DNA from: Lama guanicoe
Lineage: Eukaryota
DNA: 64,000 nt
Reading direction: 5' to 3'
NCBI GenBank assembly: GCA_013239625.1
Contig: MU055609.1
Location: 4,662,106-4,726,105 of the forward strand
This document shows, piece after piece, positions 50,941 to 63,322 of the stretch (positions are counted from its first letter, which is position 1; every line of letters begins with the position of its first letter). The notes beneath the pieces are model-generated. The model saw nothing but the letters and a program-made list of their open reading frames with translations. It was not told the DNA's origin and made no database searches. The position numbers were made by a program, and so were the translations under genes.

Positions 50941-53329
50941 TTCGTGAGTTCTGCCACTAGTGAGTCTCACCTGGGTATCACTGGAGTTTCGGCTTCCCCA
51001 CCTGTAAAACAGGAACAGCTCCACCTGCTTCACCAGCTCTGAGTTTGAGAATGTATTTGAAATGAAAGGCAGATCCGATATCTGCACAATGGCTCCTTTC
51101 CAGGGGCTGGCGTCAAGTCATCTGTTCCTTCAGTGCACATCCAGGAGGGGGTAGCTCTCTACCCAGGACTGGGAGGCAAGGCCGCCCTGGCCCCAGCTCT
51201 TACTGATTGGGGTGATGGGGGCAGGTGGACTCCAGCCTGGGCTCACAGCAGGGCAGTTGGGTGGCTTATCCCCTCTACCAAGTGGTCTTCCTATCAATGG
51301 TGTCCCTTCATTAAAAGAATAAAGTCCAGGCTCTTGGTGAGACACTCAGAGCTCTTTGTAATCTAGCCCCTGCTACCCTCATCCTGTTGTTGGACCAGCT
51401 GTTGATCCCTGGGACCAGGACGTTTCCTCTCAGACCCAGCCCTGCCCCTCCAGCAAGTCTGCATGGCTCTTCTGCAGACCGCAGAATTCTCCCCTCCCCT
51501 TCTCGAAGGCTCTTCAGTCCAGGTCATTTTCATTCAAGAAGACTTTGACAGAGTCTTGTTCCATCCTTGCCTCAAGGTCAGAAAAGGTATACCCAAAATG
51601 TGGATCTGATTTAGTGCTTCTTCCTTGGATTAATTGCAGGCTGACCCTGAGAAATTTCCTCTGGAGTTGTGGAAAGGGTCTAAGAGCTTGTGGAGTCTTG
51701 CGGTCTGTTCTGGGGCAGTGCCTTTACCTTCCTGGGCCTCAGTCTGCGCATCTGTAAAATGCAGCAGCATTAGAAGGAGTGGACGTGGGAAGTGCAGAAA
51801 CCCAGGCCCTACCCTCTGGGGGCATGAGGGCTTTGGGGGCAGAAGAATTAATGGACAGCTTTGAGGGCCAGGTGGCTTCTGTGGAGTTTGCTGAAGCGCA
51901 CCCAGCTTCAGGTGGGGTTTGTTCACACGTCCAGCCTGAGACTGGCTCAGATTAGGATGGGTTACACGTGGGGGGGGCACTCCCTGGCATTGGGGTAATA
52001 GGAAGGCCTAGTCAGAGGAAGGGGGGCTCCCTGAAAGATTCCATGAGGTGGGGGGGGATCCTGAGCACAGCTTTACGTATCAGCAGCTGCCCTGTGGTGA
52101 GGGCTGGCCCCTGGCACCGAACTGAGCACTTGACTCTCGGCGTCTGCGGCTCTCTGTGGGGGAGGCAGGGCGGCCTGTTTTTCGCAGACGAGTTAGGGAG
52201 CTTGAGAGGGGACTGCAGACCATGCTCCTGGCTCACAAACCTGGGGCTCTTCCAGCAGCACCCACACGCGGGTGCCCATGGTCTTTCCGCTGAGATGCAC
52301 CAGGTTTCGAACCTCACTGCCTGGGTGACTGTGAGCAGGTTTCCAAAACCCGTTTCTCCTCAGTGTTCTCCTCCTTTCCCTCACCCCATCCTATTGCTTC
52401 TTAGTGGAGGAAGGAAGACAAGATCTTGGGCCATTCCCCAGACTTCTCAGGAAGGAAGAGGCACGAGAAACCACCCAGTCACCCAGGAAGCCTCAAAACT
52501 AAAGGGGGAATCTTCGCCAACTTTCCTGTTCCCTCCTCAGCCCTCCTCTGCTCGGTGGACAATTGGGGGTGAATCCTGGCTTTCTGATCTGTAGCTTCCA
52601 CAGCCCTGCATCTCCCCTTCCTAATTGATACGCTGTATCTTTACTTGGGGGACATAAAGGGGTAGGGCAGGAAGGCTGTGTGAGCACATGTGTCTGGAGA
52701 GCTTAAAGTAGAGCAGGAATTCTCTGGGTGGACCAGGCAGTGCCTTTTTAACATGCACCTCGCCTTCTCTGTGCTGCTGTGATTAACAGCAGAGCCTGAA
52801 CGTCGGCGAGGGGTGGTGTGGAGGCTGGCGGGCAGGAACAGGATGCTTCTTTGCCGCACTATCCATTTTCAGAGCAAAAGGCAATCTTTTGTTGGGGGAA
52901 GGGGCATTTGATTCTCTTGGCAAGGTAGGTGTCCTCCCTGTGTTCCAAGGGATTGGCGTGGTTCTGGATCTTGAGTGTGTCTCTCCCGCTTACCCGTAGA
53001 GCCGGTCTCTACTGCAATGAGGAGACGTAGGGGAGGGAGAGGGTGTGCTATCTGGATGCTGGTTAGAAACTCCCATGGCTGGGGCTGGGTATCAGAAACC
53101 CTCACCCGGGTCATTGGGTTCCCATCTCCTTTCCAGCGTTAAAGAGGGCTGGTTGTTCAGGGCTGGAGTAGGGCTTAGTGGGAGAGCAGGGATATACTCC
53201 CTCCACGTGTAGTCAGCAAGAGATGGGAATTAGCATCCGGGCAGCTATGAACGCACTGTTTTCCAGTGGCCACAAGTCTTCATTTCTAACTTAAGGGAGG
53301 GCATAGGAGCATCTTTGGAACGATTCCCA

Positions 53330-53735
53330 AGACATAGATCTGATTGCCACTCCCTTGCATGAGCTCCCAAATGTTAATGACCCCACTCCTCAGCCCGGAG
53401 ATCCCAGCCTCAGGGTCACCGTCTTGTGCATAAGGCCCTCCGAGCACCATGCCCACTCCTGCCTCTGCCACACAGATGCGCAGAAGCCCCTTCTATTTCT
53501 GCTCTGCCGGAGGATGCCTGTTCATTCTTCCACGTCCTGCCTACTAAACATGATTGTTCTGTAATCACTGCCCCCTCACTCCTGAGTGCACCTGGCACCT
53601 GCCTCTGGAGTGCAGCTGTGGTAGTTACACCTTGGTTTCTGCACACAGCCTGGGACTTTCCCAGGGGGCTAGAATACTGCTTATATGTGTGTCTCCAGCA
53701 CTTAGCACACACTTGGCCTAGGGTGGTGGGACCTA
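53330..53735 (+). mobile_element. L2 LINE 3' fragment
   Basis: Pyrimidine-rich body ending gtgtctccagcacttagcacacacttggcc. Confidence 0.5.
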
Positions 53736-54509
53736 GTGGCTGGGTTGCGCTACCAGGTGGATGTGCATTCTGCCCATACGTTTTGGGTGTTAATGCTTTT
53801 TCCTGTGTCCCTGAAAAGAGTCCTGATTTCTGTGGACACAGGCACATACAAAGAATCTTCATCAGGGAGGCCCTAAGCATTTAGTGGCTGAAGGCAAAGT
53901 CGCCTCTCCTAACCCCAACCCCACCCCAAGTGCACCCATTTAAGGTAGAGCCCTTTCCTCTCAGGAGGAGCCCTAGAGAAGTCCTCTGAGTTCACTGCAT
54001 AGGAGAGGGTCAAACAGCACGAACCTGATAAACGAACTAAGGGTTGGAATCAAGTCCCCAGAATATTTTGTGCTGGTAAGGGAGGAAGGAGTGCGTTCCC
54101 CAGCGTTGTGGCAGGAATAAAACTGGGGAAGATAGTTCGCAAGGAAATACTCTGGGACTGGCCAGCTGGACATGAATGCTGGTTATTGTATTATAATAAT
54201 GAAAGATCATTTTGTTTAAGACCGGTGGCCCAGAAAACTGGGGCTCCGGGATTGGTCACATGGCATGTTGGTAGGGGAACCAGGACTCAGGTTTGCTGAC
54301 CCCTGTGTGTCCTCAGTGGGAAAAATCCTGGCTCTGATAAATAATACTGTAGAAGACTTCAGTCCTCCTTTGTAAAATGGGGTTAATTTTTGCTTCATTT
54401 ATCTTATTAGATGCGAGGTTAAAATCAAAGTAGATACAGCACTGTTTTGTTTTTCTTTGAGAATTTAAGAAGACCCCAGTTTCCCCCTCTTCACTCTTGA
54501 AAACCATTA

Positions 54510-54734
54510 NNNNNNNNNNNNNNNNNNNNNNNNNNNNNNNNNNNNNNNNNNNNNNNNNNNNNNNNNNNNNNNNNNNNNNNNNNNNNNNNNNNNNNNNNNN
54601 NNNNNNNNNNNNNNNNNNNNNNNNNNNNNNNNNNNNNNNNNACAAATGAGCGTGGCTGTGTTCTGATAAAACTTTATTTGCAAAAACAGGTGACAGGCCA
54701 GATTTGGCCCTGAGCCATAGTTGGCCAACTTTTC
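54510..54734 (-). mobile_element. MER58-family (hAT-Charlie) element, partly under an N-run
   Basis: Reverse complement of 54642-54731 (gttggccaactatggctcagggccaaatctggcctgtcacctgtttttgcaaataaagttttatcagaacacagccacgctcatttgt) matches the MER58 5' end as recalled. Extension into the Ns is inferred. Confidence 0.75.
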
Positions 54735-57700
54735 CCGGAGCTTGGGATGGTGGCCGTGTGCTGGGGGTCCTCATGTAGCGGCTGACACCAGCCTCCACTC
54801 CAGGGGTGGTGCAGGGTGCCGAGCCTGGACCTGGGACGGGTGAGCCCATGTCCCTGGGGCTCAGCCTCCCCGTCTGCATGTGGGGCTGCGGGAGAGGCTG
54901 GGGGCAGCGTGGGGTGGGAGGCGCTGCATTAGGTTTTGGATGCTGCCTGTACTTTCATTTGCCATGTTTCCTCCCTTTGTTTTGAAAACGTGTCGCCTGC
55001 TTATTCTGCGTCTCTGTCTCCTTGGGACCTCTTGAGTAAAACATTCTCTGGGAGCCTCCTGTGGGTGTCTTGGCAGCCTGTCCGGGGAAGCCAGATTTGC
55101 AAGTGCGAGGACCTCTTGCCCTCACCGCCTGCCCAGCACTGTCCTGGCTCCTCGGAGAGGTGAGGGGAGGTCAGCTGGGGCCTTTGTTCACATGGAAATC
55201 AGTGAGTCTTTCACTGACCTTTGCACAGAGTAGGCCCTGGTGGCTGTCAGGATTCCTGCCGTTACCCAGAGGTGACCCCAAGGAGGACGCATTGCATACT
55301 GTCCTGCTTCCTCCATGCCACTTGCCAGACCCACTTGTCTTGTCTGGTGCCCACGTGGGTCATGATGGCTGAGGGCTCCTCTCCTAGGCAGCTGGCAGCC
55401 CCTGACGTGGGCTCTCAGGGCCGGGCTGCCCTGGCGCTAGCTCCACTGTTGGGTGTGGCCCAGCTCAGTCCACTCTACCCCTGACCGAGTTGGTGATTTC
55501 AGCTCCATCTCCAGCCTGTCCTGCTCACGTTCGCGCACTGAAGGATGCCTCTCCTGGAGGGGACAGACAGAGGCAGGAGAGGAAGGCAGCTGTTCAAGCC
55601 ACTGCCAAGTTCGCTCCCGGGGTCAAAGTGAAGAAATAACTTTTTCTGGGATGAGCTGCATGTCAAAGGGAGGGGGAGTTTAAAGCTCTGCCTCCTTCCC
55701 TCATCCCCCTAGGTGGTCAGCCTCCTGCTGCAGGGAGCTGTGGGTGGAGGCAGACAGCGTTGATGGATGTGGGGTGTCAGTGGCACGTGGGCACACCTTG
55801 GCCCTCTCCCCAGAATGGGCTTATGGCGTTTTCCGTCAGCATTCATGTCCAAGGAGCAAATTGGATTGTCTGTTGCATGCCTGTTACCATGTGTATAATT
55901 AATGTAATTTTATATTCACTCAATTACAGTGACACGCCCAACAGGCGGATTACACAGGCCACCAGTAATGCAAGTCGTCCATCTCCCACTGCCAGTCGAT
56001 GAAACTCACCCCTGCAGCTTTGCCAGACCAGTGGCCAGTGTCCCCAGGAGTCGGGTGGGCTGGGAGGGTGTGTGGAACATTCTGTCTCTTAGCAACCCAA
56101 AACTTCAAGTCCCCTTACCCCAAAGGCCTTCTTACTAAAGGCAGATTTGGCCGAGATGGTAGTGACGGAGCATTCAGCCGTTCACAGAGCGCTCTCAGGC
56201 TCTCCTATAAGGAGTATGTCATCTGGACTCCTCGCTGCCTTACAGACGAGCCTCCCCAGGCCTGGCGATACCAGGCAGGGCTCCAGCCCTGGTGCCGTGG
56301 GCTTTTGCAGCCAAGTGCACAGCTGGTCCTTGTTCATGCTCTCTCAGGCCCACCTCTGCACCCAGAAAACCTGGGACTCAGCTCTGTTTCTCTGAGAGTC
56401 TGATTTCTAGGCAGGCTGAAGGCAGCTTTGGGGAGCGTAGGGTGGCATTTGGTGAAGGAGCAGTGAGTTTTGGAAATATTAAACTTAGCACATAGCTGTT
56501 ATTCCTTTCTTCCCCCCCAAATATAGATTTTTTTTTTTAATTTTAAGGCACTGTCCTTCCTTACTCCCAAGAGTCTTTCGCTTAGAGGACCAACCTGAAC
56601 ACCCTGTTGTTATTAATGTTTCTTTGTCCTGGTTCCTTGAAACCAAAGGTGTTAGATGTACCCACCCAGCACTGGGTGACCATGGCTTGGGGTCCGCCTG
56701 CTGGCTGAGCTTCACCACCCTGCTTTGGCCCTGCCCTGGACATCCATGTGGGGACCATGTCACTGCCCTGGAGGAGCCCACGCGGCACCCACAGATAAAG
56801 CAGGATGTTCAAAGAGGATGCCTCACGTTTGGAGAGCACCTGGCTGGGTAGAGTTGCTCATGCTTCACGAAGGAGGTGTGGGCTTTCAATAGGCTGAGGC
56901 AGGTGATCCTGCAGGGTAGGTCTAGCTCCTGCTTTCCCTGTGAATGGGCAGTGAGTGGCTATGGAGCACAAGACTGGGGACCTTTGCCTAGCAACCGTCA
57001 GCTGTACCACCTCCCTGCAATACTTGTAGAATATCCCTTGTTTTCCTCATGGGAAATTGGACTCACAGCATGTCCTGGAGGGACTGGGATGGATGCCAGG
57101 TCCGTGTAATGTCGAAGCTTTCCCCATCAGGCACAGATGTGTCTCTCAGGTGGCTCTAGGGGAAGTGCAGGGACTTAACCACAGCATCACCATAGGTGGG
57201 TCCTGTCGACAGTTCTGAGATGCTTTTCTGCAGAGACCTCAGATCTGTTGTGCTGGGGGAACACTGTGCTCCCCACCACGTCAGTGATGGCAAAGGCTCT
57301 TCCACTAAACCACCAGGGCCCAGAGTTTCAGTGGAATGGGCTGGCGTTTGCCTCCATCACACCCACAGCAGGGCCTCCCAGGGCCCTGCCTACGTGGCTC
57401 TTGGAGGCTGCTGGATGTAACACCACCCAATGCTATCATGGCAGGAAAAAGAATAAGGAAGAGCGGGGTCAGAGATCTCGGGAATGTCTGAGGCAGAATG
57501 GCAAGTCCATTAAGGGGCAGCCCGGGGCAGAACGAGGCCCAGACAGGCAGTGGGCAGGTCTCCTGCTTCATTTCCCAGATTCATGGTGGGATTTCCCAAG
57601 TTGGGGTGTCCCCTAGGTGTAGGTCTCCTGGCCCTCATCTCATGGGGGCAGCACGGACGAAGGGAAGAGTTCTGACCCATCAGGTGACCCCGGCTCTCAT

Positions 57701-58019
57701 CGCAGCCCCCTGTCAGCTCCCATCCTGTGGCCACCCTGGGCCTTGGTTTACCTCTCGCCTTCTCTGGAGCCCATGGCAGTTTACACTGACATGCCAGCCT
57801 GTTTGTCACTGTGTCCTCATCCTTCTGCCTGGCTAGCCTGGGAGCTTTTGGGGCCAAGATGAATCTAATGCACTTCTGCGGCTCCCCTGACCCCCACATG
57901 GGCTGGCCAGATACGTGGGAGGTCAGCACCCAGGATATATATGTGGCTGAGTGGCTGGATGCACCCACAGATCCTCCGGCCTCCAGGAGTGCTGTTAGTG
58001 GGCTTACAGAATGGTGGAC

Positions 58020-58250
58020 CAGCCAAGACCCCCCTGGCTCTAGAATCAAGACTTGGGGGCCTGGACCCACCACTTAGTAGCTTTGTCATCTTAGGCAAGT
58101 GGCTTTACCTTGCTGAGCCTCAGTTTCTTGGCTATAAAATGAAGCAGTTAATAGCTTTTCCCACAAGGAGTTGAGGGTGATGTGCACTAATGCAGGTGAA
58201 GGCCACCTGCGCCATGTGGCATGTGCGGCTTCATTTCATTACTATAATTG
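58020..58250 (+). mobile_element. MIR SINE
   Basis: cacttagtagctttgtcatcttaggcaagtggctttaccttgctgagcctcagtttcttggctataaaatgaag. Further MIR-like fragments near 4.6, 7.2, 20.0, 22.0, 25.7, 32.9, 38.5, 44.6, 54.4, 58.4 and 61.6 kb are not listed separately. Confidence 0.75.
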
Positions 58251-61064
58251 TTCCCATTTGGCTGGTGAGAGAGAAGTGCAGTCAGTGGCAGAATCAGGAT
58301 TTGACCCTAGTTCTTTCCAAATCCTATTTTTTTGTCTACGATGGATGGGGATATGAGATCATAAAGAGAGACCCGAGCTGGAGTTAGGAGGTGTGGTTCA
58401 GCCATCAGCTAGTTCTCTGTGGCCTTGGACAAGTCACCCCTCTGTCCTGGGCCTCTCTTCTCCCTTATAAATGAAGGACGTTGGAAGAACTGAGGATCTG
58501 TGAGGGCCACCAACAGTTGACTGCCAGGCAGGTGTGGTTTTCCCCAAGCGTCTAATGGGAACCCCAACCTGGTCTAGCCTAATATTCTGTGCACCTCAGA
58601 TGTCTGCCCACATCTGCCTCCTCTGTGGCATATCGGGAGGGTTGATGGGGCAGCACCTAGGATGGAAAGCCTCCAAGGCCTGTTGTGGGGAGACAGTCTA
58701 AATGGATCTGGATCCAGAGGCTCATCCTGGCTAAGCAGGCTTCCAGATGGACCTATTGTGGGTTCTTCCAAAGCTTTCAGCAAGTAGAAGCCAGGAAGGC
58801 CCCACCAGGGTGTGCGGGGGCTGTTGTCTGGTGTGGGTACACTCACCAATGTTATCAGCTTTAAGACTCCTGCCCTCTCCATCTTCCAGGTGCCAGCCAG
58901 ATCTGTTCAGAGTTTGGGGAAGAGAAAAGCAAAGCCAGCATCCCAACAAAGGTCAAAATCTTAAAACAGGATCCATTTTTTTGGTCTGCCTCCCACATAG
59001 CCTTTTGCTTATGTGGATAACAAGTCGAAAAGACTAAAGGTCTTGTCTTTTCTAAGCCTACGTGTAAGTCTGTTGTTGAGAGTGCAGACTGGGAAGAGGA
59101 GAACACTTTTTTGTGGTGTGATGAAACATAGGATGGTAGATGCCATTCCTCCTCATGGGGATGGGCAGCAGGTCTGTTGTCATCTTTACAGAAGCAAACA
59201 TTTCCTCGATGTGGAGCCCCATTCTCTGCTCCTAAGAATGAACCAAGTGTACAGGGCCCTCCCTCTCTGCTGCATCCAGTCTCAGGGACAGAACTCAGAC
59301 ACAAATAGTGACAGAGAGTTCCAGGCTGAGTGGAGACAGCAGACACACAGAGGACGGAGATTTGGGAGGATGTGGTGACCCATGGGGAAAGGTGGGCTCC
59401 TGGCTCTGTGAAGGAAAAGCCTCTGGCCTGTAGAGTTCCCGGTGGTGCTGGGGTTGTGCTAGGAGACACATTAGCAGAGCCTGGGCAGCTGAGTGGGCCT
59501 GGGAGAGGAGCTTGGTGCCCTGGGAAGGTAAATGCTGAGCTGTCTGTACCTTTGCCTGTGTCCAGCTTGCGGCGGGTTTTTCTCGTGGGATGACTGGCTC
59601 ACCTGGGCCAGAGTTCCCATGTCCTCAGTGTCTAAACCCCGGCTCCAAGTCAGAGGGGAGACTTCAGAGCTGCTGCCTCCTCTCTAGACTTACCAGCCCA
59701 CGCCCCACAGCACCCCGCAGGACGAGGAAGTTGCTGGGACTGGGCTGGGGTCTCTCTGACCAGCTGCATTCCCTCATTACTCCTCGTTGTTTGTCTTGAG
59801 GCAGCTGCATTGAGGCCACCTTGTACTATGTCCACTCATCAGGGCCCAGTCACCAGAGTCCAGCAGGGAGCTTCTGAGGGAGGCACAGAGGTGAAGTGCA
59901 CACACCATCCCTGCCCTGTGAACCTTGGGGTTGAGGCAGCTGCAATGCAGGGCCGAGAGGCAGCTTGGAATGGAAGACTTGAGTTTTAGTGTTGGCCCTT
60001 CGCAAAGACTGCTGTTGACTCAGGCCCCCGTGGGTGTTTTTACTTACTTTTCCCCTGATCAGTCAGCAAGTCAGCCGTTCCTAACCTCCTCTGGCTGACA
60101 GGGTGCACAGGTGTGAGGGACCTGCCCGAGCCAGGCTGCTCGCCCTGACGATGCACATTACTAGGGAGGGCGGCGAAGGATTGGGAGGGAGGAGGCGCTC
60201 CTTCCTGCCAAGAGCGGAGGACCCGACAGGAGGCCTTTTGCCCCCTCTTGGAGACTGGACTTCACCCTTGAACTCTGTTCCTCCGTTCTTTTCATTTTCC
60301 TTTTTTTAGAGGTTGGCTTCAAATTATCTTATTTTGTTTACATTGCNNNNNNNNNNNNNNNNNNNNNNNNNNNNNNNNNNNNNNNNNNNNNNNNNNNNNN
60401 NNNNNNNNNNNNNNNNNNNNNNNNNNNNNNNNNNNNNNNNNNNNNNNNNNNNNNNNNNNNNNNNNNNNNNNNNNNNNNNNNNNNNNNNNNNNNNNNNNNN
60501 NNNNNNNNNNNNNNNNNNNNNNNNNNNNNNNNNNNNNNNNNNNNNNNNNNNNNNNNNNNNNNNNNNNNNNNNNNNNNNNNNNNNNNNNNNNNNNNNNNNN
60601 NNNNNNNNNNNNNNNNNNNNNNNNNNNNNNNNNNNNNNNNNNNNNNNNNNNNNNNNNNNNNNNNNNNNNNNNNNNNNNNTTCCGGAAGTGTGCAGCTCCT
60701 CGCTTGGCTGAGAAACTCCAGGCCTGTCCCTTCGCCTTTCTCTGCACACCTCTCTCTGTCTCTGTGCCCGCCGGCTGCTGCCCACCCTCCTGCCTGCTCC
60801 CGGCTCTGGGCTGTGCTTCCTGAGCAGGCAGAAGGCTGCGCAGCCTGGCTTCGAGGGAGGAGACTGGAAGAACATCCTGCTTGGCTATCTCAAAGAAGTC
60901 ATGTAAGCACACTTGTCCTCCATGCTTGTTTTGAATTTTTTCTCTGCTTCCAGGGGTAGCAGCACAATCCCAGGTGGAAAGAGTGAATTAGGGCGGGCTC
61001 CTCGTCACCAGCACCAGGGCCCCACTCCAGTTGTCCCCAGTGGGCAGCAAAGTGCTTTTGAAAT

Positions 61065-61312
61065 GGGATTTTCATGCTTTTGACTGTGACCCACAGTAGA
61101 AAATATATTTGACACAGTGACCCAGTACGCACATACGTATTTATAAATGAAGTAGAGATTAATGCAAAATATTTGCCTTGAAACAGAAAGCTGTCTTTTA
61201 TTTTTCTATTCTATTTTTATTCTGTTCTGGGTTTTTAAAAACAGTGGTTGCAACCCACTAAATTGATTTCACCACCCACTAATGGGTTGGCAGCCCATGG
61301 TCTGACCAGCCC
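61065..61312. mobile_element. hAT-Charlie-type non-autonomous DNA transposon (subfamily uncertain)
   Basis: Repeated (g/a)accca subterminal motifs (gacccacagtag, gacccagtac, aacccactaaattgatttcaccacccactaatgggt) around an AT-rich core. Confidence 0.55.
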
Positions 61313-62147
61313 CGTGGTTTAAGTGGATTCATCCTCCCATTTCTTGTGTGGGGAGTCAAGGGCTTCAGGAGTCAGCTTGGGACAGGGTGGCTCGCCACTG
61401 GCTGAAGTGGAGAGCCCAGCACCACCCCCACCCATCCAGCCATCAGGGGCCTCCAGCCCTGTCCCTCTGCTCCTGGGCTGCACGGTTTAGGGTGAGCCTT
61501 GGGCCCATCAGAATTCTCCTCCTGGCCCTGCCATCTTCCAGTTGTGTGGCTAAGCGCCCTCATCCCTTGAGTCTCAGTTTCCTCATCGGTAGAAATACGA
61601 ATGAGAACCAACCCCCATTCATAGGTCAATTTTGAGTGAAGGTGTATTAATGAACTTTGCTGAGTTGGGGCTTGGTGACCATCTCCTCTCATTACCCATG
61701 TGTTCAATCTGGAACCACCTTGCTCTTCCTGTATGTTCCTGTTCATCCATCAGGGCCCCTCCTCAATGTAGACTGGTCACTGGGTCCTTGCCGGGTCTTG
61801 GCCCGTGACCTGTCTTCATCCACCTAGACCCGGCACTCCGCAAAGGCAGGTCTCCCGGCTCCTGCATCCCCAGAAGTGGTGCCTGGCCGCTCTGCAGGGT
61901 GGCTCCGGTTTCTGTGATCACTGCGTGCCCTGAGCCTGGCTCAACCAGTGTATTTAACATGGCAAACTCTGCTGCGATGGCAGACTGTGCCGGCCTGCTC
62001 CTGCGTGCTTCTACAAAGGAGCTTGATTTTATTTGTCGTGCTTGTAAATCCCCTGTGAATGTGTTTATCAGCTTCTCTCCCTCCCGCCCCCCTCCATTGT
62101 ACACCGTTGAGCCGGCGACCCAAGCAGCAGCTCGCACCTCCCTGCCA

Positions 62148-62375
62148 NNNNNNNNNNNNNNNNNNNNNNNNNNNNNNNNNNNNNNNNNNNNNNNNNNNNN
62201 NNNNNNNNNNNNNNNNNNNNNNNNNNNNNNNNNNNNNNNNNNNNNNNNNNNNNNNNNNNNNNNNNNNNNNNNNNNNNNNNNNNNNNNNNNNNNNNNNNNN
62301 NNNNNNNNNNNNNNNNNNNNNNNNNNNNNNNNNNNNNNNNNNNNNNNNNNNNNNNNNNNNNNNNNNNNNNNNNNN
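62148..62375 (+). other. SSBP3: 228-nt N-run that probably contains SSBP3 exon 6 (81 nt, GPPGSQPSPHAQPPPHNPSSMMGPHSQ)
   Basis: Exon 6 lies between the two visible exons in SSBP3 and I could not find it in the readable sequence. This run is large enough, lies about 0.9 kb before exon 7 and has CpG-rich, non-repetitive flanks. Inferred, not seen. Confidence 0.65.
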
Positions 62376-63262
62376 GCCCGCCCGCCGGGGGGCGTGGGGC
62401 ACCAGGAGGACAGAGCCAGCAGAGGAAAAACAAAAATCAAAATGTGCTCTAGCCATTGGCTTCGAGGCTTTATTGACCAAGGAGATTCCCCCCCCACCAA
62501 ATACATCTTTTTTCTCCTAAAGATAGTCTTCATTCCTTGGACATCACACACCCCTTGGATATGAAACCGAAAGAAAAGGAAAACTATTTCTGTGACCTTG
62601 CCAGCGGCCTTTGCGTTTTTGTTTTTTCCTCTCTCACTTTTGGTTTGGTTTTTGAGTTTGGTTAACCATTGTTCGTAACCGAAGCTGCATCCCTGGCCTT
62701 TTGTTTGTGCACTCTTGCTGCTGAGAAAGCTTTCTTCCCCATTCCCCTGCATTACGTTAGGGCGCCCGCTGTCCCCTCACTGTTTTCATTGTGTACCCTC
62801 TTCCCCACCCCCAAACCCTGGCTCCCCTCCCCCACCCTTTTGTCGGCAGTTTCCGTGTGTGTGCGTGTGTGTGTGAGCTCGTGTCCAGCTTTGTCTGCAC
62901 ACTTGAAAATTTTCTGTATGAGTCCTGTTTCCGATTCTTCACCTGCCCTTACCAGGAGCAGGGGTCTCCCCCTTTGACCTACATGGATGTAGCTCTCCCT
63001 TTGTGACCTGTACCAAGTCCCAGCCGCTGCCCGGCACCAAGTCCCCACCTAGATGCCCGGCATCTCCGTCAGCAGTTGTGGGAATCACATTCTTTGTATG
63101 CATCTATCACTCCCTTCCCCGGAGGGAAGAGGCCACTGGGAGGAAGAGAGTTTAAAAGATCACTAGTTGTAACAAAACTGGACTTTGTGAAGTGGAGCGC
63201 GTTTGTGTTTGTCACTGGGCAGTACTGCAGGCTGTCATTGAACGAATGCCCTGTAATTGCAG

Positions 63263-63322
63263 CCTTTTATGTCACCGCGATACGCAGGCGGCCCCCGGCC
63301 CCCGATCAGAATGGGAAACCAG
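63263..63322 (+). CDS. SSBP3: SSBP3 coding exon (exon 7 by human numbering), 60 nt, phase 0-0, cassette-type
   Basis: CCT TTT ATG TCA CCG CGA TAC GCA GGC GGC CCC CGG CCC CCG ATC AGA ATG GGA AAC CAG = [20 protein letters not shown]; acceptor taattgcag|, donor CAG|gtactg. Different frame from ORF 63076..63675. Confidence 0.95.

Noticed and set aside
61763-62752. Long ORFs spanning N-runs (also at 1.0, 9.6, 31.1, 54.3 and 60.3 kb)
   Set aside because: Their length is an artefact of Ns containing no stop codons.
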